32,000 bases of DNA. It comes from an uncultured Candidatus Saccharibacteria bacterium. GTDB taxonomy: Bacteria > Patescibacteriota > Minisyncoccia > UBA6257 > UBA11618. Position 1 is the stretch's first letter. Every line of letters begins with the position of its first letter. The stretch is from NCBI GenBank assembly GCA_964432405.1, contig CAYSNH010000001.1, positions 60,001-92,000 of the forward strand. The letters are read 5' to 3'. Below are positions 15,447 through 26,300 of this stretch, piece by piece. Position numbers and translations under genes: made by a program. The notes below the pieces were generated by a model that saw only the letters and a program-made list of their open reading frames with translations, was not told the DNA's origin and ran no database searches.

Positions 15447-16778
15447 ATGAATAGTATTGTCAAGATAAAACAAATGATATTGGCTGCTGGTGATATTTTA
15501 ATTCTTTATTTATCACTCGCGCTCACTCTCTTGGTCCGCTACGACCAACCTTTTAATACGCAAGTATTAGACACTCATTTAGGACCTTTTACTTATATCT
15601 TTATTTTTTGGATCTTTATCTTTTATGTTGCTGGTCTTTATGAGATTCGCCATCTTAAAAACAATATAGATTTTCTAAAAAAATTTGGTGCTGCTTTAAT
15701 AGTTAATGCCGGTCTAGCCATTACCGCCTTTTATATTCTTCCACTAGATATAGCCCCTAAAACCAACCTCTTCATTCTACTCGCCTTTTTTGCTGTTTTA
15801 GGATTCACATGGCGCCACTTTTATAACAGACTCATCAGCTCCTCTCTCCCAAGCACCAACGTACTTCTTATTGGTAATAACGACACAACTGAGGAAATGG
15901 TAAGGCAAGTAGAGAGTAATCCTCAGCTTGGATATGCTATTAAATATTGGCTTAAAGATGATATAGATGATAAAGAAATTGATCACATTAGTCAGATCAT
16001 CATTTCCGAAAATATCAACCTTATCGCTATCCCTGAACACATTAAAAAAGATTCTAAAACCGCTCGTGCTATTTATCGCAACCTAGCCTTAGGAATAGAA
16101 ACTATTGATATAGCCTCTTTCTATGAAAGAATCTTTAAGAAAGTCCCTCTTTCAGAACTAAGCGAGGTATGGTTTTTAGAAAACCTAGTTAATCAAAACA
16201 AGGTTTACGAAACTATCAAACAGCCCTGTGAAATAATTGCAGCCTTTATAATGTTAATTATTCTCTCTCCCTTAATGGTCCTTCTTGGTCTTTTAGTTAA
16301 GCTAACCTCTCGCGGATCTGTTATATACAAACAAACTCGAGTTGGTCAATATGAATCACAATTCACGCTCTATAAATTTAGAACCATGACTAAGGATGCT
16401 GAAAAAGAAGGCGCTCAGTGGTCTCAAAAAAACGATGCTCGAATTACTGCTTTGGGCAAACTACTTCGTCGCAGTCATTTAGATGAACTACCTCAACTAC
16501 TCAACATCATTAAAGGTGAAGCCTCTTTTGTTGGCCCTCGACCAGAAAGACCTGAGTTTACTGAAGACTTAAAAAAGACTATTCCTCATTACGAACTCAG
16601 ACATTTAGTTCGACCAGGTATCGCCGGCTGGGCCCAATTAAACTACCGCTATGGTGCCTCTGTAGAAGATACTTATCAAAAACTACAATACGATATCTTT
16701 TACTTAAAAAACAAATCTTTTTGGCTTGATTTAAGTATCGTTATTAAAACCTTAAAGATGTTTTTTGTTAAAAATTAA
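15447..16778 (+). CDS. Polyprenyl-phosphate glycosyl-1-phosphate transferase (bacterial sugar transferase, WbaP/EpsL-like initiating enzyme)
   Basis: N-terminal TM helices and a C-terminal catalytic domain: VIYKQTRVG..FTLYKFRTM..DELPQLLNIIKGEASFVGPRPERPEF..PGIAGWAQ. Confidence 0.9.
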   Translation: MNSIVKIKQMILAAGDILILYLSLALTLLVRYDQPFNTQVLDTHLGPFTYIFIFWIFIFYVAGLYEIRHLKNNIDFLKKFGAALIVNAGLAITAFYILPLDIAPKTNLFILLAFFAVLGFTWRHFYNRLISSSLPSTNVLLIGNNDTTEEMVRQVESNPQLGYAIKYWLKDDIDDKEIDHISQIIISENINLIAIPEHIKKDSKTARAIYRNLALGIETIDIASFYERIFKKVPLSELSEVWFLENLVNQNKVYETIKQPCEIIAAFIMLIILSPLMVLLGLLVKLTSRGSVIYKQTRVGQYESQFTLYKFRTMTKDAEKEGAQWSQKNDARITALGKLLRRSHLDELPQLLNIIKGEASFVGPRPERPEFTEDLKKTIPHYELRHLVRPGIAGWAQLNYRYGASVEDTYQKLQYDIFYLKNKSFWLDLSIVIKTLKMFFVKN

Positions 16779-16841
16779 CATCTCTAGATAACTTAATAAT
16801 TTCACAGCTCTTACAAGAGCAGTGTATTCTTAATAAATAGA

Positions 16842-18266
16842 ATGTGGAATAAGATTGTTAAAAATACTCTCTGGCTAACTAGTGGTGAAGTTATTGGTCG
16901 TCTAATCAGAGCCGTACTAGTTATTTATGCTGCTAGAATTTTAGGCGCCTCAGATTGGGGAACTTTTTCTTATGTGCTCAGCTTAGCCGCACTCTTTACG
17001 CTCTTTGCTGACGCTGGCCTTGGAGCAGTCTTAACTAGAGAACTGGTCAAATATCCCGGCCAACAAACACAATACTTTTCCACCTCGTTTTTTATTAAAC
17101 TGTTTTTCCTTTTAGCAGCGTCTTTAGGAATAATATTTTTAATTCCTATTTTCACTAAAATAAACCTACCCCAAAATCTAATTATCCTTACCGCCTTCTT
17201 AGTTATATTTGATAGCTTAAGAGTCTTTTCCTTCTCCATTACCAGAGCATTAGAAAAAATGCACTTGGAGGCGATAATAAATATCATTACTCAAATTGCT
17301 ATCGTTGGCTTGGGAATATGGGCCTTGGTAACAATAGCCTCCATAGAAAGCTTAGCTTTAGCTTATGTTGTTGGTAGCGGTGTGGGCTTATTAGTCTCTA
17401 TCTTTATTATTAGAGACTGGCTCAAAAAAATATCATCCAATTTTAATAGGTCGCTAGTAAAGAAGATTATTTATATTGCCTGGCCTTTTGCCCTATTAGG
17501 AATGCTAACTGGAGTCATTCTTAACACCGACATTATTATGTTGGGCTGGCTAAAAGAAGCTCAAGACATTGGTTTTTATTCTGTAGCTCAAAAAATAATT
17601 CTCGTTCTATATGCATTTCCTGCTCTTATTGCCACCTCATCCTTCCCCGCCTTCACTAGATTAGCTAACAACAAAGATACAAAGGAGTTTTCTAATCTAA
17701 TAGTTAAGTCTTTAAAAGTTATTTTCATGATGTCCTTACCAATTACAGCTGGTGGTATGATTGTTGGTTTTGATTTCATTGATTTGATTTTTGGCAGCGC
17801 TTATCACGCCTCTGTAACTACTTTTCAAATTCTTCTTTTAAGCTTGGTAATAAACTTCCCTATAACCATCATTGGCAACGCTTTATTTGCTCATAACAAG
17901 CAAAATGAATTCATAAAATACTCCTCCCTAGCAGCTGGTAGTAATATTATTTTTAATTTTCTATTCATCCCTATATGGGGCATTGAAGGAGCAGCTATTT
18001 CAACCATATCTACCCAATTAATTAGCAACGCCTTTATTTGGTTTAAGATGAAACAAGTTAATGATTTCAAGCTAGGAAATCGTTTGAATAAAATACTAAT
18101 AGCGACTATAATAATGAGCGCTTTAGTTTGGTTAATGCAACTTCTAAATATTGTTGTTTGGGCAATTATTCCAATAGCAATCCTTATATATCTATTAGCT
18201 CTCAAGCTATTAAAAGAGACCGCCCTACAAAGCTTGCTAGAAGCTGCTACTAAACGAGCTTCTTAA
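16842..18266 (+). CDS. wzx: Wzx-type oligosaccharide flippase (MOP/polysaccharide biosynthesis protein family)
   Basis: 474 aa with about 12-14 hydrophobic helices. The N-terminus KNTLWLTSGEVIGRLIRAVLVIYAARILG is typical of Wzx/RfbX. Confidence 0.8.
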   Translation: MWNKIVKNTLWLTSGEVIGRLIRAVLVIYAARILGASDWGTFSYVLSLAALFTLFADAGLGAVLTRELVKYPGQQTQYFSTSFFIKLFFLLAASLGIIFLIPIFTKINLPQNLIILTAFLVIFDSLRVFSFSITRALEKMHLEAIINIITQIAIVGLGIWALVTIASIESLALAYVVGSGVGLLVSIFIIRDWLKKISSNFNRSLVKKIIYIAWPFALLGMLTGVILNTDIIMLGWLKEAQDIGFYSVAQKIILVLYAFPALIATSSFPAFTRLANNKDTKEFSNLIVKSLKVIFMMSLPITAGGMIVGFDFIDLIFGSAYHASVTTFQILLLSLVINFPITIIGNALFAHNKQNEFIKYSSLAAGSNIIFNFLFIPIWGIEGAAISTISTQLISNAFIWFKMKQVNDFKLGNRLNKILIATIIMSALVWLMQLLNIVVWAIIPIAILIYLLALKLLKETALQSLLEAATKRAS

Positions 18267-18267
18267 T

Positions 18268-19377
18268 ATGAAAATTTTATATATCAACCATGTGCGCCTC
18301 CCCACTGAAAAAGCACATGGCATTCAAATAATGGAGATGTGTCAGGCTTTTTCTAATCTTGATGTAAAGTTAGAACTAGTTGTTCCTCAACGCTTCAACA
18401 AGATCAAAAAAAATCCTTTCTCTTATTACAACACCTCCTCCAATTTCAAGATCACCTATCTTCCTTGTTTAGATCTTATTCCCTTAGATTTTATTCTAGG
18501 GAGATTATCATACTTAATAACCACTGGCAGCTTTCTTTTAGTGGCTAAAATATATTCCTTATTTAAAAAATACGACCTAATCTATTCCCGCACCTTATTA
18601 ACCAGTCTTTTCTTTAGAGGAATAGCTCTAGAAATTCATTCTCTACCAAAAAATATAAAAGGCATTCATAAATATCTTTGGAAAAGAGCTAGGTATTTAA
18701 TAGTCTTAACTAGTTTTATAAAAAAAGAATTAGTTACAGCAAGCGTTGTAGAGAATAAGATATTGGTAGCAGCTGATGGGGTAGATATTGAAAAATTTTC
18801 TATTAATAACAATAAAAAAGAAGCGCGAGAAAAATTAAATCTGCCACTGGATAAAAAAATTGCTATGTATACTGGTAGTTTTTTTCTTCATTCCTGGAAA
18901 GGGGTTGATAATATAATTCAGGCAGCCTCTCATCTACCTGATCTTTTATTTGTTTTAGTTGGTGGTAGCAAAAAAGAAATTAATGAATTAAATAAAAAAT
19001 CTGCTCGTAATATACTGCTAATAGAAAAACTTCCTCATTCTCAGATTCCTCTATATCTTAAGGCGGCCGATATTCTAATTCTTCCTAACACTAAAGAAAA
19101 AGCTGTTTCAGAAAAATACACCTCCCCGCTCAAGTTGTTTGAATACATGGCTAGCAAAAGACCTATCGTGGCTTCTAACCTACCCTCCATAAAAGAAGTG
19201 CTGAATAAAACAAACTCTTTGTTGATAGACCCAGCAATTGATGATCTTGTAGAGGGGATCAATCAATTAGATCAAGATGAAGATCTCGCAAAGCAATTAG
19301 CAGACAAAGCTTTTGTTGATGTGAAAGAATATTCGTGGAAAAAAAGAGCTTCTCGTATAATTAGTATTATTAGTTAA
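18268..19377 (+). CDS. Glycosyltransferase family 4 (GT-B)
   Basis: MKILYINH start and a C-terminal EKYTSPLKLFEYMASKRPIVASNLPSIKEV (EX7E-type motif). The start lies 1 nt after the wzx stop. Confidence 0.85.
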   Translation: MKILYINHVRLPTEKAHGIQIMEMCQAFSNLDVKLELVVPQRFNKIKKNPFSYYNTSSNFKITYLPCLDLIPLDFILGRLSYLITTGSFLLVAKIYSLFKKYDLIYSRTLLTSLFFRGIALEIHSLPKNIKGIHKYLWKRARYLIVLTSFIKKELVTASVVENKILVAADGVDIEKFSINNNKKEAREKLNLPLDKKIAMYTGSFFLHSWKGVDNIIQAASHLPDLLFVLVGGSKKEINELNKKSARNILLIEKLPHSQIPLYLKAADILILPNTKEKAVSEKYTSPLKLFEYMASKRPIVASNLPSIKEVLNKTNSLLIDPAIDDLVEGINQLDQDEDLAKQLADKAFVDVKEYSWKKRASRIISIIS

Positions 19378-19383
19378 TAAAAC

Positions 19384-20013
19384 ATGTTTAAAAAAATCAA
19401 AAGGCTAATCCATTACTGGCTCAAAGAACCTAAGCGCTATCGCCGTCTTTTTGAAACAATCAACGCCATCAAGCCAAAAAACATTATGGAAATAGGAATC
19501 TGGAATGGTCATCGAGCTGAACAACTTATTCTCACCGCCCAAAAACACAACCCATCCCAAGCAATTCATTATTATGGCTTCGATCTATTTGAAGACCTCA
19601 CCTTAGAAAAATTTAAAGAAGAGATATCTAAAATGCCCCCTTCTAAAGCAGAAGTTGAAAAAAAGCTTTTAGCTACCGGATCTCATATTAACCTTTATCA
19701 AGGTGACACGCTTAAATCTCTACCAAAAAATATAGCCGACCTTCCTAAAATGGATTTCATCTTTCTTGACGGTGGTCATAGCCTAAAAACAATTGCTAAT
19801 GACTGGCACTATGTTCAACAATTAATGCATGATCAAACTATTGTTATTTTTGATGACTATTGGAACAGAGATGATGCTGGTGCCAAACCTATCATAGAAA
19901 GTATTAATCGTGATAAATTTACCGTAGAGATTCTCAAACCTCAAGATAAATTTAGAAAAGAATGGGGCACTCTAAAAATTAATTTTGTAAAAGTTAAAAT
20001 AAAAAGCTCATGA
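19384..20013 (+). CDS. Class I SAM-dependent methyltransferase
   Basis: IMEIGIWNGHRAE (motif I-like), YYGFDLFED, DFIFLDGGHS and VIFDDY. There is an ATGA overlap with the next GT gene. Confidence 0.7.
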   Translation: MFKKIKRLIHYWLKEPKRYRRLFETINAIKPKNIMEIGIWNGHRAEQLILTAQKHNPSQAIHYYGFDLFEDLTLEKFKEEISKMPPSKAEVEKKLLATGSHINLYQGDTLKSLPKNIADLPKMDFIFLDGGHSLKTIANDWHYVQQLMHDQTIVIFDDYWNRDDAGAKPIIESINRDKFTVEILKPQDKFRKEWGTLKINFVKVKIKSS

Positions 20014-21095
20014 AAATTCTATTTATAATAACTCAGTCAGAATTAGGTGGCGCTCAGCGTTGGGTTTTTGATACGGCCACTAATCTAGATTCTAAAAAAT
20101 ATAAGACCATTGTTGCTAGTCAGGCCGGCCCTTTACTTAACAAGTTAAAAAAAGAAGGGGTGCAAACTCATAATCTCAAAAACCTAGTTCGCAACATAAG
20201 CCCTCTGAGAGACCTTTTTGGTCTAATAGAACTATGTAGGCTAATCAAGAAAGAACGTCCCGATATAGTCCAGCTATGCAGCACTAAAGCCGGTCTGTTA
20301 GGAGCTCTAGCTGGAAAATTGTCGGGTTCTAATAAAATCATCTATCGTATTGGCGGCTGGTCCTTCAATGACCCTCGACCTCAATGGCAAAACAATATCT
20401 TTCTTTGGCTAGAAAAAATAAGTGCTGCCTGGAAAGATATGATTATTGTTAATTCTCAAAAAGGATATGACGAAGCCATAAAACACAAAATCTGTTCTAA
20501 AAATAAGTTAAGACTTCTATACAACGGTATAGGTTATTTAAGTTATAAAAATGATCTTCATAATAAATCTGGGGTTATTAAAATTGGCGTTATAGCCAAC
20601 TTCTACCCTACCAAAGGCCTTACCTACTTTATTCAGTCACTAACTCAATTAAAAAATAATAAAATAAAAGCCTTAATAATTGGTGAGGGAGCTGAAAGAT
20701 CTAAATTAGAACAATTAAAAAAAGGCTCGGAACTTGATAATTGTCTCCTGGCTGGCAGTCAGTCTAATCCTTGGCAATATTTTGAAAAACAAGGCGGTAT
20801 TGATATTTTTGTTATTCCATCCGTAAAAGAAGGCATGCCCTATGTTTTGCTAGAAGCCATGGCTAATAAATTGCCTATTGTAACAACCAGAGCTGGTGGC
20901 ATTGGGGAAATAATCAAAGACCAGCAAAATGGCATTTTAATTCCCATTAAAAACTCAAAGGAAATGGCTCTAGCTATTGATGATCTAATTAAAAATAAAG
21001 TCTTAAGAGATAAGCTTGGTAAGCAGGCTGGCGAAGATATTAAAAAATATAATCTTCGATCAATGATTGATAAATATAATAAGTTACTCAGCTAA
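20010..21095 (+). CDS. Glycosyltransferase family 4 (GT-B)
   Basis: MKILFIITQSELGGAQRWV and PSVKEGMPYVLLEAMANKLPIVTTRAGGIGEII. Confidence 0.88.
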   Translation: MKILFIITQSELGGAQRWVFDTATNLDSKKYKTIVASQAGPLLNKLKKEGVQTHNLKNLVRNISPLRDLFGLIELCRLIKKERPDIVQLCSTKAGLLGALAGKLSGSNKIIYRIGGWSFNDPRPQWQNNIFLWLEKISAAWKDMIIVNSQKGYDEAIKHKICSKNKLRLLYNGIGYLSYKNDLHNKSGVIKIGVIANFYPTKGLTYFIQSLTQLKNNKIKALIIGEGAERSKLEQLKKGSELDNCLLAGSQSNPWQYFEKQGGIDIFVIPSVKEGMPYVLLEAMANKLPIVTTRAGGIGEIIKDQQNGILIPIKNSKEMALAIDDLIKNKVLRDKLGKQAGEDIKKYNLRSMIDKYNKLLS

Positions 21096-23228
21096 TAACT
21101 TGTATATATTCTGCCAATCAGATCTTTCTGCAAAACCAATCAGCCTATCAACTCGCCCTACCTTATCTGGAAGGTAACTTTCCAAAACTTTGCGCAAATG
21201 ACGAGCATTACGCAAAACTCCATTTATATCATTTCTGTGAACATAGCTGGTAATGTTCTTACTAAAAACACCTACCATATTACTATAATCAGAACTCAAA
21301 AAGTGTCCGCCTCTCATTGATAAAGCTTTGCTCAACTCAACCTCCCCCTCTAAAGAATGCTCTCCTCCAACCAAAGACAACATGAGGCCTAGTATATAAT
21401 GCGGATAAGCGACGTCTGGAGCTAACTCTACAGACTCCCTAGATACCGCAATCGCCTCCTTCTTTTTTCCTTGAAAGAATAAGTTGTATGCTCGGTGAGA
21501 AAACAACTCCTGTCTATGCGGAGACAGCTCTTGAGCGCGCTTAATCATAGCCTCACTTTTCTTATAGAATTCCGGGTCTTCTAAAGCCTTCTTGTGATAC
21601 GCCTCAATAATTCTGATATATGAAATAGGATTCAAAGAATCTTTTTCGATTAAATCCTCTAGATAAAAAATCATCTTATCTGCTAAAAATGAGATGTTTT
21701 TTTGATCAAATACTTTCTTGCTATAAAAATGTTCGAAAAGTATGCCTCTTAATTCAAGCTGAATACCGTTATAAGGCTCCGCAACCTTATCAAGATTTTC
21801 ATCTATAACTCTTGCATCTGAATATTTTTTTCTGATATCCATCAGAGTTTTAGATTGCCTAAGAATCACATAATGATGATATGACAGCCATAAGAAAGAG
21901 ATTGAAAATACCACCAAAAGAATCTTACCCACCAAAGCTATTTTTTCATTATTAATTTGAGTAAATTGATTATCTTTGGTAGTTAAGAATATTGAAAACC
22001 CAACAAAAAGATAAAAAATCAAATAACCAGTCAAGTGATCAAACCAAAACAAACTTTGAATAAAATACGCCACGAAAAAGATTGTTAGTATTTTAGCCAG
22101 TCTTTTGTCAGGTATTTTCCCCAACTTATACAAAAGGGCAATGAAAAATAGTAAATAAAGAATTAATCCTAAAGATCCCTGCATTACTCCAATATCCAAC
22201 AGCTTGTTATGAGCTCTATCAAACCAACGATTGGAGTAAATCAAATATGCTGGATTATAGTGCTTGTTATAAGCTACATTAAAATTCTCCGGCCCCCAAC
22301 CTAACAGAGGCCTCTCTTTAAAAGCAGTCACACCAGATCCATAAGTTAATATTCTAGTTTGAACTGTTGGATGATCCAAGGAAAAACTAGCTATTCTATT
22401 AACGCCCGGAACACTTTGCCAAAAAGGAAGACTTCTAGTTGCCAAAAAGCCAACCCCTAGAATTATCACCACAATAAATGCAATTCTATATCTCTTATTA
22501 TTTAAAATACTTTTTCTTAAATAAAATAATAAAACTAATGATCCAACTAACAAGCCAGCAAACACACCTCTGCTAGCTGCTAGAAAAATCATTAACACAG
22601 ATAACACAGCTATAATGCTAGAAAAATAGTACCAAAAAGATTTCTTTATTGAATAATAAAATACTATAAACGAAGAGAAGAGAATTAATAGAAAATAATT
22701 AGCTACATATCCAGAATTTCCCAGAAAAACATCTGGCCTATTACGAGCCGGAAAAGCAAATGGAAACTTTTCTATGCCTAAAAATTGCAACAATCCATAA
22801 AAAGCAACTATACCAGAGATCACTAATAAGAATTTAAAAAACCTTAACCAATCCTTTTTTTCAAAAACCGCTACCGTCATTACTAAGAAAGCGAAGAAAT
22901 GAAGAGTCATGATAAAGCCCTCCATCCTTTCTAAACTACCCCAAAAAGAACGGAAAATATCAACTGAAAATAATACGCTAATAAGAGCTGATAGAACAAA
23001 TAATGATATTAATATAAAGATTGGATTTTTAAATTTAATCTTTATATCCCTCCATAATCCTGGACTTCTTATCAAAGTCACTAAAAATGCCAAGATTGAC
23101 AAATTAATCATTAAACGAAAGAAAAGGGCCTTTCCTAAAATAAAGGGGAAGGGCAATATTGGTATGTAAATTAATGGCAAAAGTGCCGTAATTATTAATA
23201 ATCCTTTTAGCAATCTTATCACTTGCAT
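21084..23228 (-). CDS. Wzy_C-domain (O-antigen ligase/polymerase-like) polytopic membrane protein with a C-terminal TPR region
   Basis: About 10-12 TM helices, including the LAASRGVFAGLLVG segment typical of the O-antigen ligase family. The soluble, roughly 270-aa C-terminus has TPR-like repeats (AIAVSRESVELAPDVAYPHYILGLML). It overlaps the convergent GT4 gene by 12 nt. Confidence 0.78.
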   Translation of the reverse strand: MQVIRLLKGLLIITALLPLIYIPILPFPFILGKALFFRLMINLSILAFLVTLIRSPGLWRDIKIKFKNPIFILISLFVLSALISVLFSVDIFRSFWGSLERMEGFIMTLHFFAFLVMTVAVFEKKDWLRFFKFLLVISGIVAFYGLLQFLGIEKFPFAFPARNRPDVFLGNSGYVANYFLLILFSSFIVFYYSIKKSFWYYFSSIIAVLSVLMIFLAASRGVFAGLLVGSLVLLFYLRKSILNNKRYRIAFIVVIILGVGFLATRSLPFWQSVPGVNRIASFSLDHPTVQTRILTYGSGVTAFKERPLLGWGPENFNVAYNKHYNPAYLIYSNRWFDRAHNKLLDIGVMQGSLGLILYLLFFIALLYKLGKIPDKRLAKILTIFFVAYFIQSLFWFDHLTGYLIFYLFVGFSIFLTTKDNQFTQINNEKIALVGKILLVVFSISFLWLSYHHYVILRQSKTLMDIRKKYSDARVIDENLDKVAEPYNGIQLELRGILFEHFYSKKVFDQKNISFLADKMIFYLEDLIEKDSLNPISYIRIIEAYHKKALEDPEFYKKSEAMIKRAQELSPHRQELFSHRAYNLFFQGKKKEAIAVSRESVELAPDVAYPHYILGLMLSLVGGEHSLEGEVELSKALSMRGGHFLSSDYSNMVGVFSKNITSYVHRNDINGVLRNARHLRKVLESYLPDKVGRVDRLIGFAERSDWQNIYKLLAE

Positions 23229-23250
23229 TATTTAATCATAAACCATGCCA

Positions 23251-23282
23251 AATGAAAAGTCCCTGTAAAACAGGGACTTTTC
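23251..23282 (-). terminator. Rho-independent terminator after the surface-protein gene
   Basis: The minus-strand RNA reads AAAAGUCCCUG-UUUUA-CAGGGACUUUU followed by CAUUU, an 11-bp stem. It lies 25 nt after the stop at 23307. Confidence 0.6.
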
Positions 23283-23306
23283 TCATAACAGTTAATCAGA
23301 TACTCT

Positions 23307-26300
23307 TTAGCTCTTAGTCAAACCTTTAGCACCAGATGGTAGGGTCTTAAGGTTGAAACCATTGTGCCAGTCTGTAGTACTTGTGGAGTGCGGACTTCCG
23401 CTAGATCCAGCCATATCAGACCAGACGAAGGAGTTAGTTCCTTGACTGTTAATAGCAAACGTTTCAGGAGTTACATAATCAGATGCATCTCCCTTAAGCT
23501 TGGTTACCAATGAGTCAGATCCTGAGTTAACAGCTGTAACATCTAGGAAGAGAGAATATGTCTTACTAGTACCAGCAGTAATTCTTTCAGGGGTTGTAAA
23601 CTCAATAATACCGTCAGCACCACCAGCAACATCAACGAGGTTAGCAATGGTAGAACTTTCAGCAATATCAACACCACCACTTCTAATAGTAACGGTGTCA
23701 GCGGTAATACTAGCAATAGCTGTAACAACATTGATCTCAAGTCTTCCAACTTCTATATCACCACTAGAATCAGCAGCAATAGTGAACTTCAATGCCTCAA
23801 CCTCACCAGTACTCAAGATTGAGCTAGATGGGCTTGAAACAGTAATAGTTGGGAAGCTCTTGTAGAGTCTCTTAACATTACCAACTTCTTCTCCATCAGA
23901 TGATGTAATAGAAGTAATGGTTGTGTTTCCAGAAACAGCTTCAAAGTTAGTGCTTGTTGCAATAAAGGCAACAAGATTATCTGTTGAAGTTGACTGGCCA
24001 GAAAGACCCTTCAATGTGTAGCTAGAACATGAACTATCAGCACAATCACCAAGAACGGCCTTCACGGTTAATTGCTTAACTGTGTTAGCAGGAATGGTAA
24101 CAATACCAGAACTGTTCTCAAGTTTAACTACACCAGCATCAGTTCCTGAAGCAGCAGGAACACCAGAGCCTAGTAAAGTACTACCATCGTACAATCTAAT
24201 CTCCTTAACTTCCTGAGCAAGACTATCGTGCGATGAAGCACCGATTGTAGTTGTACTTGCTACACCAATTCGAAGCTTATTAATTTGAGCTTCGGACTCT
24301 TTAGCAAAGAAGTCCCATTGAGCCAATGTTTGCTCACCAGGTGTAAGCACGCCAGCTTCGGTAACAGAATTGTTAACTTTAACAATCTGAACACTAGGTG
24401 TTGCAACTGTTACAGTAATAGATCCGGCAGATCCAACAGAACCGTTAATGTTAGTACCACTTGGAGTGACGGAGTTACCATCAGCATCAGTAGCAGTAAC
24501 ATCAGTATTTGTTAGATAAGCGAAGTAAACATTAGCGCTAGTAGCATCAGTAGCAACTAAGTCTGCTCTAACCTCAACGGTCTTAGTCTGACCATCAGGA
24601 ACTGTGTAGTTAACCTGACTGAATGTTGCTTGGTTAGCGCTAGTAATAGAAGCTAGGTTCTTCTTCTCAGAAATCAACTGGTCATCAACATACAAACCAA
24701 TAGTTCTAAGGTCGTTTTGCGCCTGAGCGTCAGTTCCAGTACCAGCATCAACACTAATAGCAATTTGAGTAACCTTAATGTCACCACTAGAAGCCTTCAA
24801 GTTGAAGCCTAATAATTTCTCATTAGTGTTACCGCCTACAATGTTGTGGGCAGGTGGGGAACCAGCTAGGGTAATCGCTAATCCAGGAGTCTGAACAGTT
24901 TGCGCGTTACCAACAATCTTTGCGTTAGGCACTATGTCAGCAATAGCAACATCTTGGTTATTGTCCAAGTTTCTGATATCAGTACCAGCAAACTGAGTCA
25001 AAGTAACCTTAATAGAGCTATCAGCTGGGTTATTAGTATCCACATCAGCAGTCGCTAAGAAGCGTCTGGTTGTACCAGCAGCAATGTTAATAACATCAGT
25101 GAAGGTTTGAGTGGAACTAGTGTTGTTAGCTATATCAACGGAAGTTGTTACAGCAGCACCAGTTGCAGCATCAACAAGCTTAAAGTCAGCAAATCCTTCA
25201 GTAGAAGCTGATAAGCCAGTTGTGGATGTCAACAGACCAATAGATTTAATCTCAACATTGTTCTTTGTAGCAATGGAGAAATCAAATAATGTTACATCCT
25301 GAGCATCCTTAGCAATATCCCGAGCATTTGGACCATTAAAGGTAATGGTAATCTCAGCACCTTGCAAAGTTAATGCAGTGTGGTTAAGAGAACTAGTAAA
25401 GTTGTTAGTAACAGTTACTCCATAACCATAGGTCAAACCAGTGACATGAGCGTCATTAGTAAGATCCATATATAGGTCGACGGTGTCATCCTTCTTAGCT
25501 AAAGGACTAATATCACCAAAGACTTCAAAGCTTCGGTTCTGACCTTTCAAAACCTTAAATGGTGAGTCAAGTTCGAAAACGAACATATCACGACCAGTTA
25601 CGCCAGCAGTAGTTGCAACGACGTTTCCAGCTTGCTTCATAACTAAGTTAGTCAAGTAACCATTAGTAATGCTTCCAGTATCAGTTAAGACGATTCGTCT
25701 AACTTCAACGTCTTCGACAGTACCAGCAGTAACTTTAAACTCAGTTAGTTTAGCACCTACCTCACCAACTGTAGGGTTTGAAGGTTGGCTACCAACCTTA
25801 GCAACAGTAACAGTACCGACTGAAGCACCACCAATGTTCATGGAATTTCCTTTAATTGGAGAAGCCAAAGCCTCGCCATTAATTTCAATTAACTCAAAAG
25901 CATTAACGTTTCCAGCGGTTGCACTACTACTAATATCAGATGTTAGAGAAATGGTTCGAAGACCACTAACGTCTAACTTAAGATTTGGGAATATTACTTC
26001 ATGACTAGTACCGTTAACACTTTTACCAGTAGTTAATCGAGTAGATCCCTCGTACAACTTAACACCACTACTTACAAAGTCAGCAGTAGCACCAAGACCA
26101 GTTCTCTTAAACTTAAGAGAATCAACTGTTCCACTACCACTAACAGCTAACTTCATGAATGTAACTTCAGAAGCACCTTTAGGAATGTTAGAGCTAGCAG
26201 GATTATCAGCAGCCAAACTGTAAGTCAAGCTACCAGAAGGAACACCAGCACCTGGGGTGCTAGGAGTACTTGGAGTACCAGGAGAAGAAGCCACCATTGA

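Noticed and set aside
15798-23169. Antisense ORFs within the glycan cluster (15798..16040, 16970..17287, 17588..17779, 17891..18205, 19041..19262, 22909..23169)
   Set aside because: Each lies wholly inside a longer, motif-supported gene on the opposite strand. Membrane-protein genes rich in TTT/ATT codons generate such K/N/I-rich antisense frames.
23500-26004. Five ORFs inside the surface-protein gene (23500..23865, 23543..23749, 24285..24515, 25111..25302, 25669..26004)
   Set aside because: They are low-complexity S/T/V/L translations produced by the biased composition of the 1153-aa gene. They have no independent start signals.
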